Shown here one piece after another: positions 45,969 through 53,610 of a stretch of 53,610 bases of DNA. The stretch is taken from contig JAGVPT010000159.1 in assembly GCA_020052095.1 (NCBI GenBank), positions 1 to 53,610 on the forward strand. The letters run 5' to 3'. Position numbers and translations under genes: made by a program. Positions within the stretch are counted from its first letter, which is position 1, and each line of letters opens with the position of its first letter. The notes beneath the pieces were generated by a model. That model saw nothing but the letters and a program-made list of their open reading frames with translations. It ran no database searches and was not told where the DNA came from. The stretch comes from Bacteroidota bacterium (GTDB taxonomy: Bacteria > Bacteroidota > Ignavibacteria > UBA10030 > UBA8401).

Positions 45969-46394
45969 TCATTGAGCCGTCGAACGATGGTCAATGTTCC
46001 AGTTTTTCAGCCAGCTGATATCGTGTAACAATTGCATGAGACGGTCCATAGCTTCAGGCGTCATTCTGAAATACCCTGTTGTAAACCGTCGCTTTACATC
46101 GTCGGGTGCTTCTTTAACGAGCAGGCGGACAAAGGTCAACGCTTTCTCCAGGTTCTCTGCGAACTCGTGATCAAGTTTCTCATATCCCTCTCCGTTCTTG
46201 CCGATGCGCTTCATGACTGCGGAGGTATTGACAAGGAACTTGGCGATGAATGTCAAATCGTCGAGCACTAGGTCGTGGCGATGAAGTCTTGAGAGTTCAA
46301 TCAGCGAGGCAAGGTCATCGGGGTGATGAAGTTTCTCCCGGGAAAAATTCTGAAGCGAGGAGACGAGCAACGTGGTTTCCTGACTGATAACCAT
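45969..46394 (-). CDS. Hypothetical helical protein (141 aa)
   Basis: Co-oriented with neighbours; helical amphipathic sequence (L.F.AKF...; LLHDISWLKNW). Confidence 0.7.
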   Translation of the reverse strand: MVISQETTLLVSSLQNFSREKLHHPDDLASLIELSRLHRHDLVLDDLTFIAKFLVNTSAVMKRIGKNGEGYEKLDHEFAENLEKALTFVRLLVKEAPDDVKRRFTTGYFRMTPEAMDRLMQLLHDISWLKNWNIDHRSTAQ

Positions 46395-46462
46395 CTACAA
46401 TTTGCGAAAGTGATTTTTGGTCGGATTCAATATAGAGCATCTTCAAAAGAGAATCAATAAGA

Positions 46463-46587
46463 AATGAGCAATGATCAATCACCAATGATCAATGATGAAT
46501 GATCGATGGAAAACACTGGTATTTGTATCATAAATCATGGTTTTTCATTACTCATTGCTCATTGGTGATTGATCATTGCGCATCATT
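46463..46587. repeat. Inverted heptamer cassette (AATGATC / GATCATT family) with a perfect 21-bp inverted repeat
   Basis: GCAATGATCAATCACCAATGA (46468-46488) / TCATTGGTGATTGATCATTGC (46559-46579). Confidence 0.92.
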
Positions 46588-47645
46588 TATTTCCCGATCA
46601 GGCGCAACGACGCAGTGTACACTTCATCAATACCGATATCGTTCATGCATTTGAAATGGCCTTTCGGGCATTCCGCCCGGCCGATGTGCGAACAGGGGCG
46701 GCACGTGAGGGAATTATTCTCGATAAGTACGGATTCCGTCCCGTACGGGGCGAATCCAAATTCTTTAACCGTCGATCCAAAGATGGCGACCACCTTCCGC
46801 TGTCGGGCGCAGGCCACGTGCATCAGGCCGCTGTCATTAGTGAGGACAATATCGCAGAACTCCATTGCGGCGGCCACTTCCAGCAACGAAAACTCTCCGG
46901 AGAGATCTGTCACTGCATTTTCAGAAACTCGCATTTCTATCTCGGACGCGATCGCGGAGCAGTCGCTTTTATCGGCCGCGCCGCCAAACAGCAGCACTTT
47001 CGCATGCATTTCTTTCGCGAAACGCGCACTCACAGCGGAAAATTTTTCTTTCTGCCAGCGCTTCGTAAAATGTTTTGCCCCGGGACAAACGCCGATCACT
47101 TTATTGAATTCGCTGAGCCGCAGCTTCGCGATTTTTCCCGAAACAGCAAACTGAATTTCATCGGGGATGAAGAGTTCCAGCCCTTTGCCATCGTCCGTAA
47201 TCCCGAATTCGCCAAGCGTCTCGATGTAGCGATCTGCGATGGGGACGTTTCCGGCATAAATGTTGCGTTTCAAATGCACAAGCTGCCATCGCTCATAGAG
47301 CCGCTTGTTGACAGTGACGACCTCCTTCGTGTTGCAGAAATTGCGCAAGTAAATCGTCCTCAGATTGTTGTGGATATCAACAACAAGGTCGTACTCCTCC
47401 GCGCGAAGAGTGTCCCGGAGCTCCTGAAGGCCGCGAAACCCGCGCGCATCATCGAACTCGTGAATGACCGAGAGATGATGGTTGAATTTCACGAGGTCCG
47501 CGTATTCCTGCTTCACTACGAAATCGATCCTGGCTTTGGGACCCGCAGAGGCGCGCATCGCTCGAAGAAGCGGCGATGAAAGAACGATGTCGCCGATGGA
47601 ACTTAATCGAAAGACAACTGTTTTAGTAGGTAATGATCGTTTCAT
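46587..47645 (-). CDS. GT9 family LPS heptosyltransferase (WaaF-like)
   Basis: RLSSIGDIVLS, CPGAKHFTKRW, TNDSGLMHVA, AIFGST and CRPC...C...HFKCM. Confidence 0.9.
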   Translation of the reverse strand: MKRSLPTKTVVFRLSSIGDIVLSSPLLRAMRASAGPKARIDFVVKQEYADLVKFNHHLSVIHEFDDARGFRGLQELRDTLRAEEYDLVVDIHNNLRTIYLRNFCNTKEVVTVNKRLYERWQLVHLKRNIYAGNVPIADRYIETLGEFGITDDGKGLELFIPDEIQFAVSGKIAKLRLSEFNKVIGVCPGAKHFTKRWQKEKFSAVSARFAKEMHAKVLLFGGAADKSDCSAIASEIEMRVSENAVTDLSGEFSLLEVAAAMEFCDIVLTNDSGLMHVACARQRKVVAIFGSTVKEFGFAPYGTESVLIENNSLTCRPCSHIGRAECPKGHFKCMNDIGIDEVYTASLRLIGK

Positions 47646-47747
47646 ACCAAAGTTCTTGTGAGCGTGGTTCAAAATAGCGTTTTGATTTTCTACTTGCAAC
47701 GTAAATTGGTAGTCGGGTCTTCTGATTCTTATGTCATTGATTAGCCA

Positions 47748-47829
47748 AGTGATGCCATGACTTTCTCAATTTGATACGCGAGAATTCAGAGAATGGCACA
47801 ACCAAAACAGTAGAAGTCATGGCATCACT
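47748..47829. repeat. 82-bp REPIN-like inverted doublet, GTGATGCCATGACT family
   Basis: AGTGATGCCATGACTT ... AAGTCATGGCATCACT. Same length as the 35532 copy but a different interior. Confidence 0.9.
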
Positions 47830-47879
47830 ATACATCTCATGGTAGCGACTCGTTGGCGGCTTCCGTATGCTCCTTAAGC

Positions 47880-47982
47880 ACCACCCCTTAATCCCCTCCT
47901 CATCGAGGAGGGGAATGCCCGGCCTGTCCGCTCGACGAGTCGAGTCTTCGACCGTTTTTTTGGCGGAAGGGCCAGGGGTGGT
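47880..47982. repeat. REP-like element (ACCACCCCT..TCCCCTCCT type)
   Basis: ACCACCCCT ... AGGGGTGGT ends, with an internal hairpin TCCCCTCCTC-ATC-GAGGAGGGGA. Confidence 0.7.
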
Positions 47983-48105
47983 CGCAAACATTTCCGGGAG
48001 TGTTTCACTTTTCTTGGCAGACCAACCCACTACTCTTAAATTGATTTTCCCGCATCCACACACTATATTGTTCTGCCATCAATCCAATAAGGAGTTGTAA
48101 AGAAT

Positions 48106-49617
48106 ATGTCCCGTCCCTCGACGCTCGGCGAGTTGAGAAATAGTGGCTATAAGGTTCTTCCTGTCAAAGAAGAGATCAGAAACAATCTGATAAATAAAAT
48201 ACAAAACGGCGAGCAGCTCTTTCCGGGAATCATCGGTTACGAAAAAACCGTTGTCCCGGCCCTGATCAATGCTATCCTGGCAAAACACGATATTATCTTG
48301 CTTGGACTTCGCGGACAGGCAAAATCGCGCCTCGTGCGCCAGATCCCATCCCTTCTCGATGAATATATACCGATCATCAAGGGAAGCGAGATCAACGACA
48401 ATCCATTTGCTCCCGTCAGCAAATTCGGGGCCGATCTGATCAAGCAATATGGCGATGCGACCGAGATCGAGTGGATTCAGCGCGACTCGCGTTTCAGCGA
48501 AAAACTCGCGACGCCTGATGTCACGATCGCCGACCTCATCGGAGACATCGACCCGATCAAAGCGGCAACACAACGGCTCCACTACTCGCACGAGGGGGCG
48601 ATCCATTTCGGATTGATACCCAGGAGCAACCGTGGAATTTTCGCGATCAACGAATTGCCCGACCTCCAGCCGCGCATCCAGGTCGGCCTCTTCAATATTT
48701 TGGAAGAGAAGGATATTCAGATACGCGGATTTAACATTCGCATCCCGCTCGACGTCATGATCATCTTCACGGCAAACCCGGAAGACTACACAAACCGCGG
48801 GAACATCATCACTCCATTAAAGGACAGAATCGATTCGCAAATTCTGACACACTATCCGCGGTCGCTTGAAGATGCCATTGCGATTACGGAACAAGAAGCG
48901 TGGGTCCGGCGCAATGGATTGGATGCACACGTGCCTTACTATTTCAAAGAAATAATCGAGCACATTGCATTCGAGGCGCGCAAGAGCGAATTTGTCGATC
49001 AGAAATCGGGCGTGAGCGCACGACTCACGATCGCCGCGATGGAAAATCTCGTGAGTAATGCCGAAAGGCGCTCGATCATATTGAATGAGAAGTGCGTGGT
49101 ACCTCGAATTTGCGATCTGCCGCATGTCCTTCCCGGATTAACGGGAAAACTCGAGCTCGTTTTCGAAGGCGAACAGGAAGGATCGATCAAAGTAAGCCGC
49201 GCGCTTATTGGTAAGGCAGTGCGCACTGTATTCAAGAAATATTTCCCGGATCCCCTGCAAAAGCGGCAGAGAACCCAGCAGCAAACCCACGACGACCCGG
49301 AGTACGGAAAAATTCTCAGCTGGTTCGAATCGGGAAACACGCTGGAAGTGGCCGACGATATGCCCCTCGCTGCATACTTGACTGAGCTCGAACGTGTGAA
49401 AGGATTACGTGACCTGACGAAACGCCACTTGAAAATTGACGAAAACAGCAAGTACGAGCTGGCCTCCGCTATGGAGTTTGTACTGGATGGACTGCATCAG
49501 AATTCCAAAATTGCTAAAGACGAAGTTGAACACGTCACGACGTACAAAGATATGGTAGGAAGCATCTTTACCGGACGAGGCGCTGCGGAGGACTATGAGT
49601 TGGAGAGTGATAGGTAG
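48106..49617 (+). CDS. AAA+ ATPase, magnesium-chelatase/MoxR-related
   Basis: Variant Walker A GLRGQAKS, EKLATPD, DLIGDIDPIK, variant Walker B FAINELPDL, TANPEDYTNRG and GVSAR. Confidence 0.88.
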   Translation: MSRPSTLGELRNSGYKVLPVKEEIRNNLINKIQNGEQLFPGIIGYEKTVVPALINAILAKHDIILLGLRGQAKSRLVRQIPSLLDEYIPIIKGSEINDNPFAPVSKFGADLIKQYGDATEIEWIQRDSRFSEKLATPDVTIADLIGDIDPIKAATQRLHYSHEGAIHFGLIPRSNRGIFAINELPDLQPRIQVGLFNILEEKDIQIRGFNIRIPLDVMIIFTANPEDYTNRGNIITPLKDRIDSQILTHYPRSLEDAIAITEQEAWVRRNGLDAHVPYYFKEIIEHIAFEARKSEFVDQKSGVSARLTIAAMENLVSNAERRSIILNEKCVVPRICDLPHVLPGLTGKLELVFEGEQEGSIKVSRALIGKAVRTVFKKYFPDPLQKRQRTQQQTHDDPEYGKILSWFESGNTLEVADDMPLAAYLTELERVKGLRDLTKRHLKIDENSKYELASAMEFVLDGLHQNSKIAKDEVEHVTTYKDMVGSIFTGRGAAEDYELESDR

Positions 49618-49623
49618 CGCCGG

Positions 49624-49783
49624 AGTCCGGGGTCCTGAGTCCGTAGTCCGAGGTCCTGAGTCCGTAGTCCAAAGTCCAAGGTCCGTAGTCCGGGGTCGGC
49701 AGATCAGAGTATTGAATCCTGTCTCCCGAATCCTGAATTCTGTATTCAGAATTCCTAATTCTTAATTCCTATTTCATAATTTC
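49624..49783. repeat. Longest compound heptamer array: (GTCCNNN)x10 plus ATYCTGW and AATTCYT units
   Basis: GTCCGGG GTCCTGA GTCCGTA GTCCGAG GTCCTGA GTCCGTA GTCCAAA GTCCAAG GTCCGTA GTCCGGG ... ATCCTGT CTCCCGA ATCCTGA ATTCTGT ATTCAG AATTCCT AATTCTT AATTCCT ATTTCAT. Confidence 0.95.
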
Positions 49784-49788
49784 AAAGA

Positions 49789-50886
49789 ATGCGCTTCCTC
49801 TACACAAAGTGGACTCCTCAATCGCAGACTGACGAGCAGCGGCTGCAAAACCTTATGCAGCTCTTTAGTCATTTGCTCATCCAAACGAGCGGCGATGTCG
49901 AAGAAGCGATGGAATGGCTGCGCCAGCTCGCGGAAGAATACGGCATCTTCGACGAAAATCTCTCCATGGAAGATCTGATCGCGAAGTTGAAAGAGATGGG
50001 CATCATCGAAGAAGTGAACAACACGCCTGTGCTAACGACGAAGGGCGTACAGAAAATCAGGCAGGACGCACTCAAGGAGATTTTTTCATCCCTCAAAAAA
50101 ACACCGATGGGCTCGCATGAAACGCCGCACACCGGCGCGGGCGTTGAACGCCTGAGCGAGACGAAGAAATGGGTCTTCGGCGATATGCCGACGAATATCG
50201 ACCTTACGTCGACCATGACGAATGTATTCAAGCGGGATGGAATCGAGAATTTTAATTTGACGGAAGACGATCTCGAAGTCTACGATACCGAGAACCTCTC
50301 GACGTGTGCGACTGTGCTCATGCTCGATATCAGCCACAGCATGATACTGTATGGAGAGGACCGCATCACGCCGGCAAAGCAGGTAGGATTGGCGCTCAGC
50401 GAGCTGATCATGACGAAATTCCCGCGCGACTACATCGCGCTGGTCGTTTTCGGGGACGATGCGAAGCTCGTCAGCATCAATGAGCTCCCATTTCTTAACG
50501 TCGGGCCGTATCACACCAATACGAGGGCCGGATTACAGCTTGCCCGGAATCTCCTTCGGCGCTGCGGCAATGTGAATAAGCAAATTTTCATGATTACGGA
50601 CGGCAAGCCATCTGCGATGTTCGACGACGCCGGAAGACTCTACAAGAACTCGTTCGGACTCGACCCGAAGATCGTGAACAAGACTCTCGATGAGGCCGTT
50701 GCATGCAGGCGCGAGAAAATTACCATCAGCACGTTCATGGTTGCGCGCGATCCGTATCTCATTAATTTTGTGGAAGAATTGACGAAGGCAAATCATGGGC
50801 GGGCATACTATTCTTCCCTTAATAACCTTGGACAATTTATTTTCGTCGACTATATCCGGAACAGACGCAAACTTTTTTCTTCATGA
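49789..50886 (+). CDS. von Willebrand factor A domain protein (partner of the upstream AAA+ ATPase)
   Basis: MIDAS DISHS, YHTNT and MITDGKPS. Confidence 0.92.
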   Translation: MRFLYTKWTPQSQTDEQRLQNLMQLFSHLLIQTSGDVEEAMEWLRQLAEEYGIFDENLSMEDLIAKLKEMGIIEEVNNTPVLTTKGVQKIRQDALKEIFSSLKKTPMGSHETPHTGAGVERLSETKKWVFGDMPTNIDLTSTMTNVFKRDGIENFNLTEDDLEVYDTENLSTCATVLMLDISHSMILYGEDRITPAKQVGLALSELIMTKFPRDYIALVVFGDDAKLVSINELPFLNVGPYHTNTRAGLQLARNLLRRCGNVNKQIFMITDGKPSAMFDDAGRLYKNSFGLDPKIVNKTLDEAVACRREKITISTFMVARDPYLINFVEELTKANHGRAYYSSLNNLGQFIFVDYIRNRRKLFSS

Positions 50887-50994
50887 CCTTCATTCATGGG
50901 CATCTCGCAATATTCCCGTTGATAAAATATCAAGAAATGGTTACATTGACACACTGAATTTTCTGCTCCCACTCAACAACAGAGAGGAATTCTT

Positions 50995-52182
50995 ATGAAG
51001 TCATCCGTCGTACTGTTCATTCTTGCTTGCGTGTTCTTTGCGAGCGTCCCGCAGGCGTCAGCGCTGCCGAAATTTGCAAGCAGGGTTGGTGCGAAGTGCC
51101 AGGCGTGCCATGTGAATCCGACCGGTAAAGGGATGAGAAACACGTTTGGCTCAACGTATGGCCGCGAGGAACTGCCGATGCGGACATACAAAACCGTCCA
51201 GGACACGAGCGAAGATGGCAAAGTGACGGTTACGAAAGAGGACGTTACGAACCTCGAAGATTTCTCGACAAACCTTACTCCGTTTTTTTCTTACGGTGCG
51301 GACTTCCGCAGTCTCTATTTCTACGACGGCAAAAGTAAGGGGACGAGCTTTTTCCAGATGCAGGGCGATCTCTATTTTGACCTGCGCATAAACAAGACGT
51401 TCAGAGTGTATCTGGACAAAGGATTATACAGCGGTTTTGAAGTCTTCGGGCTTGCGAAGGTGCTGCCGCTCGACGGCTACATCAAGCTCGGGCAGTTCAT
51501 CCCAGCCTACGGAACAAAGACCGACGATCATAATGCGTTCATCCGCGGCGGACCCTATTCAACCCTTAATCCTGCCCTCGCAGGTTATCGGCAGGGACTC
51601 ATATTCGGACAGCGCTCCGAGCAAACGGGGGTTGAAGTCGGAATAGCCCCCGGCATATTCTCATTGCAAGTCGGATTGTTCAATGGTGCGCCGAATGCCG
51701 GAGTGGGTGGAACGTCCGCGACAAAATTCAAGGCGGTCGCTGTCCGCGGCGACGCGACAATACAGACTGATGGAATGAATGCGAACATCGGTTTGTCGTG
51801 GTACAACGATCCAAATCCCAGTCCGCTCGAAAAAGGAACGTTCTACGGCGCGTTTGGCTCCGTGACTGTCTTGAAGAACCTTACATTTATCGGTGAATTC
51901 GATTACATCAAGACGCCGGTCGGGGGAAGCGATACAACCGGTTATATGTTGTATACCGAAATTAATTACATGGTAGCGAACGGCGTCGATCTAAAAGTGG
52001 GATATGATTTCTACGATCCAAACAGAGATTTGAAGACCGGCAGCAGCGGCAGGATCACGGTCGGCGGAGAATTCTTCCCAATGAGCGGCGTTGAAGTGCG
52101 TCCGTTGTATCATATCAATCAGGAAAAGCCGACGGACATTTCTAATAACGATTTTCAGTTAATGTTCCATTTCTTTTTATAG
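50995..52182 (+). CDS. Probable outer-membrane beta-barrel with an N-terminal c-type heme motif
   Basis: Signal peptide; LPKFASRVGAKCQACHVNPTG.G.RN.FG; porin-like alternating strands; C-terminal FQLMFHFFL. Confidence 0.8.
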   Translation: MKSSVVLFILACVFFASVPQASALPKFASRVGAKCQACHVNPTGKGMRNTFGSTYGREELPMRTYKTVQDTSEDGKVTVTKEDVTNLEDFSTNLTPFFSYGADFRSLYFYDGKSKGTSFFQMQGDLYFDLRINKTFRVYLDKGLYSGFEVFGLAKVLPLDGYIKLGQFIPAYGTKTDDHNAFIRGGPYSTLNPALAGYRQGLIFGQRSEQTGVEVGIAPGIFSLQVGLFNGAPNAGVGGTSATKFKAVAVRGDATIQTDGMNANIGLSWYNDPNPSPLEKGTFYGAFGSVTVLKNLTFIGEFDYIKTPVGGSDTTGYMLYTEINYMVANGVDLKVGYDFYDPNRDLKTGSSGRITVGGEFFPMSGVEVRPLYHINQEKPTDISNNDFQLMFHFFL

Positions 52183-52194
52183 AAGGCGGATTGA

Positions 52195-52848
52195 ATGATA
52201 CGAACGTATTTTTTTCTGGCATTTGTCTCGGCGACATTCCTTGCGGTGATTGGAGGATGTAGCGATATGGGATCGAATCCGCCGAAGCCCGCCGGCCCGC
52301 CCCATATTACATCCTTCCAGCCCGACTCGGCTTTTGCAGGCGACACGCTCAAGATCGTTGGGACAGATTTCGGAGCGAGCAAGGGATCGAGCACAGTTAC
52401 AGTCGGGGGCAAAAACGCCGACACGATCTACCTCTGGAGCGCGAATGAGATTCGCCTGAAGATCCCTGCTGCAGCCGTGACAGGAAATGTCACCGTTACC
52501 GTGGGCGGAACAGCCAGTAACGCGGTGACCTTCAAAGTGCGCGGAACTGTCGTCGCGGATGTGTCATTTGTGCTTGATGTCGCTCCCGTCTTTGCGAACA
52601 ACGGTTGCGTTGGCTGCCATGGGGGTACCAACAACTTGAGAGTAGACACGTACGCTCGGTTAATGTTGGGCACGAGCCTCAACGGACCTGTCATCACACC
52701 CGGAAACGGGGAAGGAAGCGTCATCATCAAGAAGCTGCGAGGCACGGCGTCATTCGGCGACCGGATGCCGCAAGGGGGACCGTTTCTCAGCAATTCGGTT
52801 ATCGACAAGATCTCTCTCTGGATTACCCAAGGCGCAAAAAATAATTAA
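52195..52848 (+). CDS. Lipoprotein with an IPT/TIG domain and a planctomycete-type cytochrome c domain
   Basis: Lipobox IGGC; IPT (PHITSFQP...GDTLKIVGTDFG); VSF..DVAPVF...CVGCH ... RMP ... WITQGAKNN. Confidence 0.85.
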   Translation: MIRTYFFLAFVSATFLAVIGGCSDMGSNPPKPAGPPHITSFQPDSAFAGDTLKIVGTDFGASKGSSTVTVGGKNADTIYLWSANEIRLKIPAAAVTGNVTVTVGGTASNAVTFKVRGTVVADVSFVLDVAPVFANNGCVGCHGGTNNLRVDTYARLMLGTSLNGPVITPGNGEGSVIIKKLRGTASFGDRMPQGGPFLSNSVIDKISLWITQGAKNN

Positions 52849-52880
52849 CATCGTAGCGCAATAATAGGAGTACACAATTG

Positions 52881-53270
52881 ATGAAGTCTCTCTTTTCCGT
52901 CGTTTTCATTGCGGCAATCGTATTCGCATCCGGCGCTACATCACAGGAGAAGAAAAGCACAAAGAAGCCGACAGTTTCATTTTCAAACGATGTCTTCCCC
53001 ATCATCAAGAAGCGGTGCCTCCCGTGCCACGCAGCGGACAGCGAGAACCCGAGCGAATTAATTGTGGAGACGCTCTCTGATCTTGTCAAAGGAGGCAAGC
53101 ACGGAAAACCGATCATCCCGAAGAACGGCGATGTGAGTATCCTCGTTCAAAAAATAAAGCCGAATCCCCCTTTCGGCGAGCAGATGCCCCTGATGACGAA
53201 AAAGAAATTAACCGACGAAGAGGTCGAACTGTTCAAAACGTGGATTGACCAGGGGGCGAAGAAGAACTAG
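52881..53270 (+). CDS. Exported monoheme planctomycete-type cytochrome c
   Basis: AGGAG RBS, signal peptide, VSFSNDVFPIIKKRCLPCH ... QMP ... WIDQGAKKN. Confidence 0.88.
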   Translation: MKSLFSVVFIAAIVFASGATSQEKKSTKKPTVSFSNDVFPIIKKRCLPCHAADSENPSELIVETLSDLVKGGKHGKPIIPKNGDVSILVQKIKPNPPFGEQMPLMTKKKLTDEEVELFKTWIDQGAKKN

Positions 53271-53349
53271 GGTGGTAGGGATGAGGGAAGAATGATGAAT
53301 TAGGAATTAGGAATTGGGTATTAGGGATTGGGAATAAGGAATCGGGAGT
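53269..53349. repeat. Heptamer array (left-arm, purine-rich type)
   Basis: AGGGTGGT AGGGATG AGGGAAG AATGATG AATTAGG AATTAGG AATTGGG TATTAGG GATTGGG AATAAGG AATCGGG. Confidence 0.88.
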
Positions 53350-53493
53350 TCTGGAATATTGACTATCGATTGTCATTCTGCTCGGAACGAAGAATCTTAA
53401 AGCTAGAATGAAAGAAGAATTCGAAGATTCGTCGTCGTCCCGGCAAGCCGCCACTCTTCAGCATGACATTTACGGGGTTTTTTCAGAAATCTC
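53346..53493. mobile_element. Degenerate MITE carrying a TGTCATTCTG..CAGMATGACA REP doublet
   Basis: TGTCATTCTG (53371) .. GAAGAATCT .. AGATTC .. CAGCATGACA (53468). The right end TTTTTCAGAAATCTC resembles the 37559 MITE end; the left end GAGTTCTGGAATA is only a partial match. Confidence 0.5.
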
Positions 53494-53610
53494 ACCTAGT
53501 GTGCCGTCTCTGAAATACCTTGAATAAGTCCCGATCAGTGAAAAGGCGAATTTGAATGATTTTCAAGCAAAACCACAAGAAAAATATTCGACGTACTTGC
53601 GAGACGGCAC

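Noticed and set aside
3397-53349. Heptamer arrays and REP clusters as CRISPR arrays
   Set aside because: There are no 23-47-bp direct repeats separated by unique spacers, and no cas genes.

Overview
This 53.6-kb bacterial window looks like an Ignavibacteria/Bacteroidota-Chlorobi-lineage chromosome. That assignment is inferred from two proteins with a T9SS type-A C-terminal sorting domain, a DUF5103-like gene and the general gene content. Coding content is mostly housekeeping or ordinary accessory: thyA, a rubrerythrin-VIT1 iron exporter, thiolase, aldehyde dehydrogenase, a TolC-MFP-TPR-ABC-permease-permease efflux operon, CCA-adding enzyme, fbaB, an RlmI-type methyltransferase, uvrA, rlmN, adk, acpS, aroQ, NamZ, glutamate dehydrogenase, a GT9 heptosyltransferase, an AAA+/VWA pair and a three-gene CxxCH cytochrome/beta-barrel cluster. 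I found no rRNA, tRNA, CRISPR array, transposase or reverse transcriptase. The unusual signal is non-coding. (1) About 15 intergenic arrays of degenerate 7-nt repeats have a fixed ~4-nt core and ~3 variable bases. Many are arranged as inverted arms; one pair encloses an unlisted, frameshifted four-helix-bundle (23S-IVP/Avd-like) gene while others are 'empty'. Such heptamers also sit in frame at the same position of both T9SS sorting domains. (2) A ~415-nt, extensively base-paired element at 41474-41888 is a candidate large ncRNA or non-autonomous mobile element. (3) Several REP/MITE families are nested in one another, including a 22-bp palindrome that has inserted into other repeats and into a coding sequence. 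All family assignments come from motif recognition by eye; no database search was run.
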